In this document: positions 34,604 to 46,055 of the stretch, one piece after another
Numbering within the stretch: the first letter of the stretch is position 1
Layout: each line of letters begins with the position of its first letter
Assembly: GCA_973895155.1 (NCBI GenBank)
Contig: OZ316893.1
Coordinates: 18,011,836-18,075,835, forward strand
Direction of reading: 5' to 3'
DNA length: 64,000 bases
Source of the DNA: Marsupella aquatica
Taxonomy: Eukaryota > Plantae > Marchantiophyta
Made by a program: the position numbers and the translations under genes
The notes under the pieces: generated by a model
Databases searched by the model: none
The model's input: the letters and a program-made list of their open reading frames with translations, nothing else
Told to the model about the DNA's origin: nothing

Positions 34604-35458
34604 TCACTCATTAACCGCCGTACAGGCGGCGTCACATAGCTCCCTGCTTAATTGTGAAGCGTCCTCGCGAACATCACTCTCGGCGTCGTCCTCTTGATGG
34701 TGGTACTTTTTTACACGATCGTAGCTGATTCGCGTGGCGAGTAAATCGCCGGCATACGTCGCAAGTTCCAAAGATCCGTTACGGTAGATCTGATTGACAA
34801 GGAAGGGCCCTAACCACCAGGTATGAAGCTTCCCTAGAAACTGCATGTACCTACTATCGTACAGAAGGACTAGATCGCCTGCCATGACGTCGACCCTCCG
34901 TAGTCCTTTGTCGAGCTGCTTCTTTGAAGTTGCCTGTTTCTTCACGGCGTGTCGAGCTGCTAGTAGTCGTGCTTCTTCCAAGGCTTCAATCTGATAAGCT
35001 CGGTCTGACGAACTTTCAGATTCAGGTAAGCGATCCCGAATGCTGACCCGTGGAGTGTGTACTTCAAACTCGACGGGCACCAACGAATGTTGGCCGAACA
35101 CAAGAAAGTACGGGCTGTGACTCGTAGTAGTTTTGTAAGCTAGATTATACGAGTACACCGCTGCGTACAACTTATCATCCCAATCCGTTTTGTGCGCAGC
35201 TACAGTTTTGTTGAGGATCTTCCCAATGATACCATTTGCTCTCTCCGCCATCCCGTTGGCTTTAGGATGATACGGGGTAGTCTTGCGGTGCTTGACTAGG
35301 TAACGCTCCGTAAGCCGGGCTACGGTGTCATTGAGGAAGTGGGTTCCACGGTCGCTTACCAATTCTAAGGGCGGGCCGAATCGGGTGAAAATCTGTTCGT
35401 ATAGAATCTGGCACTGGTTGCGGCGTCGTCCTTTATCGTAGCCCGCGCTTCGACCCAC
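34604..35458 (-). pseudogene. pol: Element B integrase core and C-terminus (frameshifted from pol)
   Basis: FTRFGPPLELVSDRGTHF, TPYHPKANGMAERAN and WLGPF (GPY/F). The ORF ends inside the 3' LTR. Confidence 0.93.
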
Positions 35459-37611
35459 TTGGTGGAGTAATCAATAGCTAGTAGGATGTACCTGCATCTT
35501 TGCCTTCGGGTAACGGGAGTAAACGGCCCGATATAATCAATTCCCCATTTTTCGAATGGTGCCAATGGAAGCACAGATGTGAGCGGGTGATGATGAGCCC
35601 GCCTCGGGGCCCCAGCTCGCTGACACAAGTCACAGCCCTTAATGAAACGCTGTACATCTCGATGCAACGTAGGCCACCAATACCCCGAGTCCAGAATCTT
35701 TCGGGCTGTTGTGACCGCCGCGAAATGGCCTCCAGCTTCTTCTTCATGCAGGGCCCGCATCACGATAAGCGTCTCCTTATACTCTAAGCAGTGTCGTAAC
35801 TTTCCATTAATACCTTCCTTATGTAGGTGACCCTGTATCATGACGTAAGGCCCGGCTTTCCGTAAAAACACAGCGGCGGCCTCCTGATTGATGCCGTCAG
35901 GGATGCAGCCCGTTAAAAGGAAGGTGATTATTGAGCCGTACCACGTTGGTGTCCCCTCCCCTACGTGGAACAACTCCTCATCCGGAAAAATATCATCAAT
36001 TGGTTGATCGACTGGTACGCCGTCCAGCCGTGAAAAGAAGTCGGCATTGAGGTGTGCCTTTCCTGGCCGAACCCGAACTTCATAGTTAAATTCCTGGAGA
36101 AGTAGCACCCAACGGGCTATCCGTCCCGTTACGTCTGCTTTGTTGACCATGTACTTCAGGCTGTCGTGATCCGTGTGGAAGATGACCTTGTAGCCGACCA
36201 GATAGTGCCAGAACTTCTTACATGAGTAGATTATGCCCAGTGCCTCTTGATCCGTGGGGAAATAAATTTTTTTGGCTGTGAATAATTGACGGCTAGCAAA
36301 GTAGATGGGGTGATCGCGTCCGTCCGTATCAAGCTGACTAAGCACAGACCCGATACAGAACCCTGACACATCGACATACACGTGGAACTCCTTGTTCCAG
36401 TCTGGAGTGACCATGATAGGTGCGGTGGTGAGTCTTTTACGGAGTTCTTCGAAAGCAACCCGTCTCCTTGGGGTCTCCTCGATCACCGCGTCCTTTTTCA
36501 TCATCTCTGTTAGGGGCAAAGCTATTTTAGCAAAATCTTTAATGAATCGACGGTAATACCCTACGTAGCCCAAGAAGGATCGTACTACTTTTTGATCCAC
36601 GGGGAACACCACTGCCATCCAGGCCGCAACTTTCTCTTGGTCCACCTCAATGCCCCGTTTGGACACACGATGCCCGAGTAACACCCCCTCCTCTACCCCG
36701 AAGAAGCATTTGGCAGGATGTAGTTTGAGGTTAACATCTTGGCATCGTTGCAACGTTTGTCTTAGGTGTTCGGGGTGCATGGCAACGGTTCCGAAGATGG
36801 CAAAGTCATCGATAAATATCTCCAGAAATTCCCGTAGGAAATCGTGGAAGATATTCATCATAAGGCGCTGAAACATGGTCGGGGCGTTACACAGACCGAA
36901 AGGCATCCTCCGAAATGCGAAAGTCCCCCACTCCGTAGTGAAAGTTGTTTTGAGCTGATCCGCGAGGCGAATCCAGATTTGGTTATAACCTGAATACCCG
37001 TCAAGAAATGTATAGATTTCATTTCGGGCTACCATATCTAGAACCATATCCGTGAATGGTAATGGGTAATGGTCTTTTTGGGTTGCGTCGTTCAGCTTAC
37101 GGTAGTCCTGAAAAATACGAATCTTAGGTTTTCCATCCGTACCTCCCTTCTTTGGTACAATGACAATGGGAGAGACCCAGTCGCTGGCCATTACCGGGTA
37201 GATGATATCGGCGGCGAGGAGACGATCAATTTCCTCCTTCACTAAGATGGAGTACCTCGGGTTCATGTGACATTGTCGCTGCCGTACCGCATGGGCTCCT
37301 AGGTTCAGATCGATCGTGTGTTCTCCCAATTCGGGGGAGACGCCTGTTAAATCATGATGACTCCATGCAAACACATCTTCATATTCCTTGAGCAAAGCTT
37401 GGATGGATTTTTCAGCCTCCCCTGTCATAGCGTGGCCCAGGTTAAAAGATTTGTCCATCCCAATGGTGTACTTCTGGTAGTGCTCCTTCCTGATGACTTC
37501 AACCTGGTTTCGCAGGCTCGGGTCCAGGCTCGCATCAAGCTTAGCTAACCAAAATCCTCCGTACATGGGTGGAACCGGGATTGGTCTCGAGATTGGAGTT
37601 ACTTCCTCCAA
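35365..37611 (-). CDS. pol: Element B RT, RNase H and integrase N-terminus
   Basis: LDGYSGYNQI, MPFGLCNAP, FIDD, HPIYFASRQL, TDHDSLKY, H..H..C..C and WGIDYIGP. Confidence 0.95.
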   Translation of the reverse strand: MEEVTPISRPIPVPPMYGGFWLAKLDASLDPSLRNQVEVIRKEHYQKYTIGMDKSFNLGHAMTGEAEKSIQALLKEYEDVFAWSHHDLTGVSPELGEHTIDLNLGAHAVRQRQCHMNPRYSILVKEEIDRLLAADIIYPVMASDWVSPIVIVPKKGGTDGKPKIRIFQDYRKLNDATQKDHYPLPFTDMVLDMVARNEIYTFLDGYSGYNQIWIRLADQLKTTFTTEWGTFAFRRMPFGLCNAPTMFQRLMMNIFHDFLREFLEIFIDDFAIFGTVAMHPEHLRQTLQRCQDVNLKLHPAKCFFGVEEGVLLGHRVSKRGIEVDQEKVAAWMAVVFPVDQKVVRSFLGYVGYYRRFIKDFAKIALPLTEMMKKDAVIEETPRRRVAFEELRKRLTTAPIMVTPDWNKEFHVYVDVSGFCIGSVLSQLDTDGRDHPIYFASRQLFTAKKIYFPTDQEALGIIYSCKKFWHYLVGYKVIFHTDHDSLKYMVNKADVTGRIARWVLLLQEFNYEVRVRPGKAHLNADFFSRLDGVPVDQPIDDIFPDEELFHVGEGTPTWYGSIITFLLTGCIPDGINQEAAAVFLRKAGPYVMIQGHLHKEGINGKLRHCLEYKETLIVMRALHEEEAGGHFAAVTTARKILDSGYWWPTLHRDVQRFIKGCDLCQRAGAPRRAHHHPLTSVLPLAPFEKWGIDYIGPFTPVTRRQRCRYILLAIDYSTKWVEARATIKDDAATSARFYTNRFSPDSARP

Positions 37612-38700
37612 TTACGGAATGGACGGATCCCATGAAACTCGTTTCTTATGTCTCGGTCTCGAGTTTTCGGCCTCGGGCGGTTGTTGGGCTGGTTCGTGGT
37701 CACGAGGCTCTGCAATGGTAGAAGCAGCCTCGGCTCCCTGCTTAGCTGGAGCTGTGTCCTCTATCTCGACGAGTTGTTCGTGCGTTTCCTCATCCCCGGC
37801 AGTAGATGTGCTTGGGGTGGACTCAATGGCAGCCCTCGGGAAATTTAGGAGATGTGTTTCGTGGGTTGCTTCAACTCCAAAGACATCTTCCTCGGACAGG
37901 GACGAGATGAGTTCAATCATATTGAGTTCCTCTTCCTCCGAGGTCTCCGAATCATATTCCTCGGGTCCTTGTGGGGTTTCTCCCTGATAATCGTCCATTG
38001 CCCATGATACCCGTACGGTGGGTTCCCCCAACCGTAGCTCCTTCTTTCCCCAATCCGTGACTACACGGCCACCGTACAGCCACGGCCTGCCCAGAAGAAC
38101 CGGGTAAGAGGAGGGACGAACCGGCCTCATGACTAGGAAGTTGAGATAGAACTCCACCCCTCCCACCAGAGTGAGCACTCGTGTGAGCGTGCCTAATGGG
38201 AGGACCCTTGCCCCGTTTGCTAATCTGATAGCTCGGGCTGTGGGTTGATACGTGAGGTATCCTAACTTGATTGAGGTTTCTTCAGTCATGATGTTGACTC
38301 CCACTCCTCCGTCTACAAGAACCATCTTGATGGTACAATTATTAATTTCGATCGAGATGTCCGGCGCTCCAAGGTCCTCGCATATCATGTTGCAGTCCGC
38401 GATCCCAACTCGGGGTAGTCTCCTCCTTCGGCGACCCATGAGCAACTCCCTTAGTTGCCGTCTGTACTGTGGGTTGTTCTGCAGCAGTTGCCCCACCGTC
38501 GCTGTAACCGGGCAACTCTTCACGTCCTCCTTAATATCATAGTCCTCCTTCGTTTCTTCCTTTGGCTGCTGCTTGGCTTCCTCTTGTTTATCTTGCTTTT
38601 CTTGCTCCTGTCGCCGGGCTGTCTCGGCTGCTTTGATGTCCTTATCAATTGCCTTCTGGTATTCCCGAGCTTCGTAAGCCTCCAGCTGTTTCTTTACCAA
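37612..38700 (-). pseudogene. Element B protease region
   Basis: LVDGGVGVNIM and VLLGRPWL. In frame with RT across one stop. Confidence 0.85.
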
Positions 38701-38746
38701 TTCTTCGATGCGGGGGAAAAATAGCTTCGGGTCGTCCCGTCGGTAG

Positions 38747-40615
38747 TCATCGTCCTTTTTCCGGGGGTATATCTATCGCTGGCTGCACCGGAGTAGTATC
38801 TTGCTTTTTCCTTCGTTTCTCCTCCGTCTTCTCTTCCTTCCGTTCGGCCCTTGTCGACACTCGGTAGCACTCGGCCTCATCCAATGGATTAGGGTGTTCC
38901 GCCATGTCCACCAGATTCACCCACTCGGTGTTGTCATCTTGCCATTCTATAGCAATCATTTGGACGACTGCATCGCTCGTGGCCGGTCCAGCCTGGGCCG
39001 GTCTAGCTGCGCTCGTTCGAGCAGCGATTACCAACGGACAGTTGGCCGTGGAATGAGCCTCCATTTTGCAGACTTGACATAGTGGGGTGCCTCGGCCATC
39101 TCCCTGACATCTTGGTTCGGTGCATTCCCTCGCAAAGTGTCCTGGCTTTTCACAGTTATAACAAACCGGGGATTGCCAAATCCCTGGCTTAGGAGGGATG
39201 CTCGGGTTACTGATAACCTGGAAACTCCGGCCATTGTTTGGGTAGGGGAACGCAGTTCTACCCGCTAAATTACGCGGACCTACCGTTGAAATCTGGTACA
39301 CGGAATCAGGAGGGTCCTCAAAGAAATACTCCGTGGACTCCGATTCAGGACCCGGGTTGTCAACATCATCCAGCTCTACTTGGTGAACTCGGTTCTTCCA
39401 CCTTGGGCATTCCTGCACCACATGGCTGGATTGGAAGCACTTTGAACACCACGCATGGGCTCGAATCTCAGATGGCTTCTTCTTCTCCACCGGCTTTTCC
39501 GCAAGATGTATTGACAGTGCTTTGAGTCGATCCGTGATTTCGTTCAGCTTGTCTGCTTTGGCAGCCTTTGGATCTGGTATTGTTCTTCACGCCCGGGGTT
39601 TGATCTTCCCCTCCTTCTTCACTCGTCTCTTCTTCTTTTTGCTCCGGCTTTCGCTCTCCGAGTCACTTCCTGATGAACTGGAGGTAGAGGATCCGATGCT
39701 TGAAGCTGAATCCAAACTGGATTCCATCTCTGAGCTGGACGAGGTCGAAGGATGTTTCTTCTTCTTCTTGCATTTCTTCTTCCTCTCGTCGTCCGATTCG
39801 GAGTCACTGTCACTGAAGGTCTCGTACTTACCCTTCTTGCGGCGTGCTCGCTGGCTCCGCCGGGAGTTATAGGTGGACTCCCGGTAAGTTTCGGCGCACG
39901 CTATGGCCGCCTGCATTGAAATCGGATTATTCTGGCGTACCCAGAATTGCATATTCGTGGGCAAACCATGAAGGAACCATGTAAGCTGGAGCGCATCTCC
40001 CGGCCTGGGCCGGATCTTGGCCGCAAGTTTCTGAAACTTCTGAATGAACTTCCGCAGGGACTCCTTCTTTCCCATGCGAAGCTGGCCAATCTTTAATAGA
40101 GAACACTGTTCTGATCCAATGGCACGAAACTCGTGCAGCAATGCAGCTTGGAATTGTGCCCATGTAGTCCCAGGTGGCAACGAGTTGTACCATGGACGAG
40201 CTTCTCCCCACATCACTCCCGGGAGGATGGTTAGCTTAATGGCGTCTTCCCCATTAGCTTTAGCAGTGGCTTCAAACTCATCCAACCATTCATCCGGATC
40301 ATCCCCATGACGCCCCTTGAAAGGTCGATAATGAAATCGCGATCGTTGCGATATTTGTGGAGGAGCTTGAGCAGCGCGGGCCATCGGTGGAGCGGCTGCC
40401 ATAGGTGGTGGTGGAGGTGGCGGTGGTGGTGGTGGTGGCGGAGGAACCGCAACAAGACCGGTCGAACCGGACCCCGAAGGTCCCGGGGGTATGTTCATAT
40501 GTCGGGGCGATTGCGAGTCCTCCGAGCCCAAAGAATCGGAACTTGTCGTGGTTGCACTTTCTCGTTCGCTGGTCAAGCTCCTCAAGTAAGCTGCTTGAGA
40601 ACGAGTGACGGGCAT
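38747..40615 (-). pseudogene. gag: Element B gag (capsid-like domain plus CCHC knuckles), interrupted
   Basis: FKGRHGDDPDEWLDEF..ARPWY, a poly-Pro tract, CYNCEKPGHFAREC and two further knuckles. Confidence 0.88.
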
Positions 40616-40708
40616 TTACTCATATAAATGCGATGGTTAGTACTACGTCCTAATGTATCCTACCTAGGTGAATACGCACATGTCTCCCCTCTACGATATG
40701 TAGAGTGC

Positions 40709-40726
40709 CCCCTCCATCTAGCGCCA
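40709..40726 (-). promoter_or_regulatory. Primer-binding site of element B, tRNA-Asn-like
   Basis: TGGCGCTAGATGGAGGGG on minus, 13 nt from the LTR end at 40740. Confidence 0.85.
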
Positions 40727-40739
40727 AAAACAAAGGCTA

Positions 40740-41174
40740 TGTCACGTCGTCGGCTTCGGCCTTAACTCAGACTTCAGCTTAGACGGGCACATCCCTCGTA
40801 AATCTGAGGGTTCAGGCAGGAAGGGAAGCACGTAATGCACCTTATTCTTGTAAACTAGCGCTAAGTGCGCATACTGCTAAATACGGACACCTCCTAGGTA
40901 TGGTTTGTGTTCCACCGTCGGAACGTAACTTTGTCGATAGCAGGATCGACCCCGGCTTAAGGGCTTCTAAGCCTTCGTGCTGTCCGCCTTTGATCCGGAT
41001 TTGATGATACAGGTCCTCAACCCGTGCTCGCAACCACTTACCCGCAGGCTGCACCCTGTGCACATCTCGGGTAGTGCGTTCGGCCTGGCGCTGCCACCCA
41101 TATACGAGAAACCCACACACATACATGCACACATGCATACAATCTTGATTTACACGAAGGAAAATGATGGGAAA
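40740..41174 (-). repeat. Element B 5' LTR, 3' piece
   Basis: Matches 30615-31049. Confidence 0.93.
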
Positions 41175-43243
41175 CTCTGAAATTTCTCCTTCCTCTTATG
41201 ACTTGCAACACACACACACCTATCTACATTTACACATGACTCACACTCCTCAAACCTAGCTCTCGAAAGCATGTCTGCTACTGGATTGTTCTTACCCAAA
41301 ATATGCTCTAATTCAGGATTGAACATGCGAATGAAAGCAATCCATCTGAGCATGGCGATATCAGGGGTATCACAATTAGCAATCATACCGAGCAAAGGAA
41401 GGCAATCAGTTTGCAAAACTACATGTGCTCCTATCAAATAATCCTTCTCTTGTTTGAGGGCACATTTTGCTCCCCATAACTCTCTCTTGACCTGTGGATA
41501 CCTACGATGCCTCTCATTGAATATCTTGGCACCAAACCTAGTAGCAAACATCTGGCCATCTCCATCTTCTTGGCCAAGTACCCAGCCTGCTGCCAAAGGA
41601 CTAGAGTCAACAGTAAGAACAATTGGCCTCCCACAAGCATAGTCTGGTGGCCTCAAAACTGGTGGACTCATCAACGACTCCTTGAGCTTTGCCATAGCTC
41701 TCTCACACTCATCACTCCATCGAAACCTCACTTTCTTTCTAAGTAGCCCATACAATGGATCCGCTATGTGGGCAAAATGAGGGATCCACACACGGTAAAA
41801 CACACATGCTCCTAAAAATCTCCTCACCTCACTCACACTCTCACATGCTCTCATCTCTCGGATGGCATCAACTTTAGCCTGGTTAGGCAACCGCCCATAA
41901 GGTCCACACCGCTACCCAACCACTATGATCTCACGAAGTCCAAAGGCTGACTTTTCTCCTGACAAGGTGATCCCAACCTCAATCAAACGCTTAAGGATTG
42001 ATGTAACATCTTGAAGATGCTCCCAAACAAATTGTCGAAGCCCATCACTCCTTACACTCTCATCCTTTTCTTCCTCCTTGCATCCCTTGATGGGGATATC
42101 ATCAAGAAATGGCCTAGTCTTTTCAAGAATGAATGCTTGGAGTATTTTGTTCATTGCATTCTGCATATGGGCAACAGAGTTAGTAGCACCTTGAGGTAAA
42201 GTGCACATCTTCAAAACTCCAAGAGGAGTCCTCATGGTGGTGATGTCACGACTTCCTTCAGCCAACTGAAACTGGTCATAACCAGAGTACAAATCTCCAA
42301 TCGAGTAGATAGCTCTCCTTGCAAACTCCTCAGCAAACTCATCAACAATAGGTCCGGTTCCAACATTCCTAATGGTCACCTTTTTAGGTGGTTGCATATC
42401 TTGAATAAATCTCATCTTACCATTTTTCTTCCTAACAGTAAACCAACAATTTCAATATGGAGCATCTGACCTCTCAAGGATCCTTGACTGAATTTTGTCT
42501 TTCAACAATTCAATAACCTTTGGGAGCAAGGCTCTAGGTACAGGTAAAGGCTTAAGATCCCAAGGAATGTGAGGGACAGTAAAAATAATCATTGGAGCCA
42601 CATCTCTAGGATTAACACATCCTATCTCATCCAACACAAATGAAAAAGCCTTTCCATGCACCCTTACCGTTTCACGAAAAGCTGAAATCTCTATATCAGT
42701 CATTAGTCCATCATCACCTATTCTCAACTTGCTTAATGATTCCTCTGTGAAAACATGGCCAATACCTTTGGCTGGTCTCAAACAAGGCTCTTGACTTGCC
42801 TTCTCAATCATCTCTCTTGCCTCGGGTGGCAATGGTATAGCAGCAGGACGAACCTTTTGCTCCACAGTTTTGTACTTAGTGTGGACAGCCACATCAGGCC
42901 TTAAAAAACGTGTTAGCTCCAAATAGAACTCTCGACCAACCTCTATCTCACTCTCACCCTTAACAATCTCACCCAAAATCTGTACAAAAGAAGGGTTATG
43001 GCCCTTCTCATCAAAAATGCCAAAAACTTGCTCATCATTTGGTAAGTCACCTAAGTAGTGCATTCGCTTCTCCCACTTACCCATCTTTTGGTTTTCCATA
43101 GTTGAGCATCCTTCCCTACTTAAAAACAAAACCTGGCTACACTTAGAAAACCCACAAAAAGAATTAGCAAACAACTCATCAGTATTTACATCACAAGACG
43201 GAGAAATGAAACTGGCACCTTGCTCCTCCGACACATCAAACAA
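41175..43243 (-). pseudogene. pol: Element D pol (RT and RNase H) with stops
   Basis: HTKYKTVEQKVRP, DLYSGYDQF, LPQGATNS, FLDD, LTVDSS, TDCLPL and NPVADMLSR. Confidence 0.92.
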
Positions 43244-43248
43244 GGCAC

Positions 43249-44998
43249 CTAATTGAAATTCATTTCAGACTCAGTCTCCCTCAACTCTCTCCTATGTCTC
43301 TTGTGGTTAGGGGAACAAGTAGGAAATTGCACAACCCTAAGGCCATCTCTACTTCGAATCTTAGCAAAGTGAGTCCCATCATCCAAAACCTTGGTCTCCA
43401 TCCTCATCTCAGTGATGAATGGCTGCCCTAAAATGACGCAATAAGGAAGGTTAATATGAACAAAAATATTCATGGGCTCAACAATGTTGCCAATCCTAGT
43501 TGTTACCCTAGGGCAAGCACCCCACAAGGCATTCTGATCCCTGTTAATGTCATTCACACCCCACTCAATATCTCGATCAACAAAGAATTTTCCTTCCTCA
43601 TAAACCCTCATAGACATCAAGTTAACCTCAGACCCTGAGTCAATCAAAGCTCTCAAGGTTCCCTCAACTCCTCTCACCTCAATCTCTACCTCAGTACAAG
43701 CTCTTGCCCAAAAGGATTCCATGAAGGACTTCCCTCCCCACCCTAAGGACTTGTTGACAATACTGAGGGTAGCATCATACACCCTAGTCCAATTGTAAGC
43801 ACTATCACTCACAGGTTCAAAGTTCCTACTAATTGTAGGAAGCTCCTCATACTCATCTTTTACTGGACAACTGTTTTTTTTACATTTTCTGGCAGAAACT
43901 ATCCAAGCTTTTTCAGAACTTGAGAGGGGAGGCTCAATATTAGGAAAATAACCATGAGTGGTTTCGACTTTGGTCTCTCTACCTTCAACTTTCAACTCAT
44001 CCTTCTCACTCTCCCTCACCCTTTTAAGCCAATCTTTCTCTGCACAAGACAGGTTAGGAGCAAGCTCACAAGGATCCAAGTCACTCAAGTCCCTCTTTTT
44101 GCTAGTACATGGCATTGGCACTGTCTCCTCATCATTTTCAAGAAATTTCATCCAATTACCATCCTCATCACTTTCACTTTCAGCTGATCCCTCCATGCTC
44201 TTGACTTTCAAACCCCTGCTATTGACTCCCAACTCATGGACTCGAGTAGGCAAAGTCCCTACCTCCCACACATTAGCATGGTAGGGAGACTTATCACTAG
44301 TCTCCTGGTCTTGATCCTTAACCTCACTTGACAAGGAAACAGGCCCTTCCTTGTACACTCTTTTCTTCCTAGCCTTGGCTAGGATAGCCTCTTGAATCTC
44401 TTTTCTCATCACTCCAAAGAGCTCCTCATTAGTGAACCCTCGTGCCTCCTGTTTCCAGAATTTCTGGGCAATGATATCAGGTTCAATTTCTCTCTCAACT
44501 TCTCTCCCTAGAACCCAACCTGGACTCTTCGAGGTTACCTTAGCATCCTCATCCTTCAATTGGGGAGGGGGCAAACTCTCCTTCTCAATTGGCAAAGGTA
44601 CATCTTCTGTTGAGCCTGAACCTTCATCTTCTACTTGAAACCACATCCTTGAACCCTAGCCTTGAAACCACATCCTTCAACTCAGGCTCAACAAGAGTTG
44701 AAAACTCCAAAACAGCAGTAGCTTGGTCAATTTTAAAAACCTCAACTTGTCTCCAATATACTCTCAAATACCTGGTTACATCTTTGCCCTTGAACTCTCC
44801 TTCACTAGAAAGGATAGCTTGTAGACACTTAGTAACCCTATCCTCTAGAACCTTTTCATTCTTTTCCTTTCTACCAACATCCTCTCTTCTACTCTCATCC
44901 CTTCTCAAAGCTGATTGAATAGCTATGAAAAGATCAGAAAGCTCCTGAACACTCCTCATATTAACTGACCCACTAGTGGGCTCCTCTTCATTTGCCAT
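43249..44998 (-). pseudogene. gag: Element D gag (internally deleted) and protease
   Basis: FKGKDVTRYL, PGWVLGRE, ALIDSGSEVNLM and VILGQPF. The central gag region present in C is missing. Confidence 0.85.
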
Positions 44999-46034
44999 TG
45001 TAGCTCCTGTCTAGTCTCTTGATAGCTATACGAGTTATGGAAGACCTAACAACTCACGGGCTGAATCATCTTCCTATAACCTCCCTATGCCACCCTTTTG
45101 ACTGGTCAAACACCCCACAACAGCCAAGGACCCTTCCCAATAGCAAATCATTCATATATCTTCATCATCATAACTTCCAAGCAACAACACAAGGCTTGTA
45201 ATGATCGACAAGCATTGAAACAAGGAACACCTCATCCAAGGCAAGAGTAAGAGCTCTTACCTGATTTTGAATCACTCTTATCAAAAACACAACATAAACA
45301 TCACTTTCTCCATGCTCTAGGGTATCAAACTCAGGTTTCATCAACAATCATCAATCAGAATTCAAAATAACAACAACTAGGGCAAAAGTAAGACCTCCTA
45401 CCTGGTTTTGGCCTCCATTTTGTCCCACTTTCGAACCTGCATCTCCTCATGGGTATCTCAAACAAGAATCCATCAAACAAAGAGCATTTTTGCATACACT
45501 CAATGGATAAGTTACTCCTTAATATGCTCAATCTTAGCTCAGATTACTCCAAGTACCACAATAATGCTGGAACATGCAACCCAAAGGGAGGGCAAGTCCA
45601 ACTGCATACTTGAAAGCCATCGGCCAGACTTCACAATCAAGGAGTAATACATACAACCTCTTCTTTCATACCAAAATATCTAGTTCAAGCTTCCCAATGG
45701 AATGCCCACAAGCCCAAGTCCAACGTTTGATTGATCACCATCCCTTTTCCAGCACTTGATTGCTCACAATCCCTTGCTACCAATGAAGGCGCACAAGTTC
45801 AGGTTTACATTCGTTTGTGGTCGAGTTCAGGGTCACCCTCGTTTGTTGTCAAGGCAAGTGGAACACCCAACGGCAAGCAAGGCAAATCTATTCATAGTTC
45901 AATCATTCCAACTTCTGAATCTTAATAAAAGTGCATACAAGCAACCAGATCCCACATTAGGGTTAGCAACTTGTTGGCATAATGGTTAGTAGAATTCACA
46001 ATATAGCTACTATCTCAAGCCTCAAGACCTATTT

Positions 46035-46052
46035 TCCCCAGTATGGTCGCCA
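46035..46052 (-). promoter_or_regulatory. Primer-binding site of element D, tRNA-Arg-like
   Basis: TGGCGACCATACTGGGGA 3 nt from the LTR end, one mismatch to the C PBS. Confidence 0.82.
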
Positions 46053-46055
46053 ACT

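Larger units (their letters stand above)
30615..34636 (-). repeat. Element B 3' LTR (4022 bp, gene-containing)
   Basis: Both ends match the 5' LTR pieces 40740-41174 and 48292-49529. A hand count gave 12 differences in the first ~226 bp. Confidence 0.93.
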
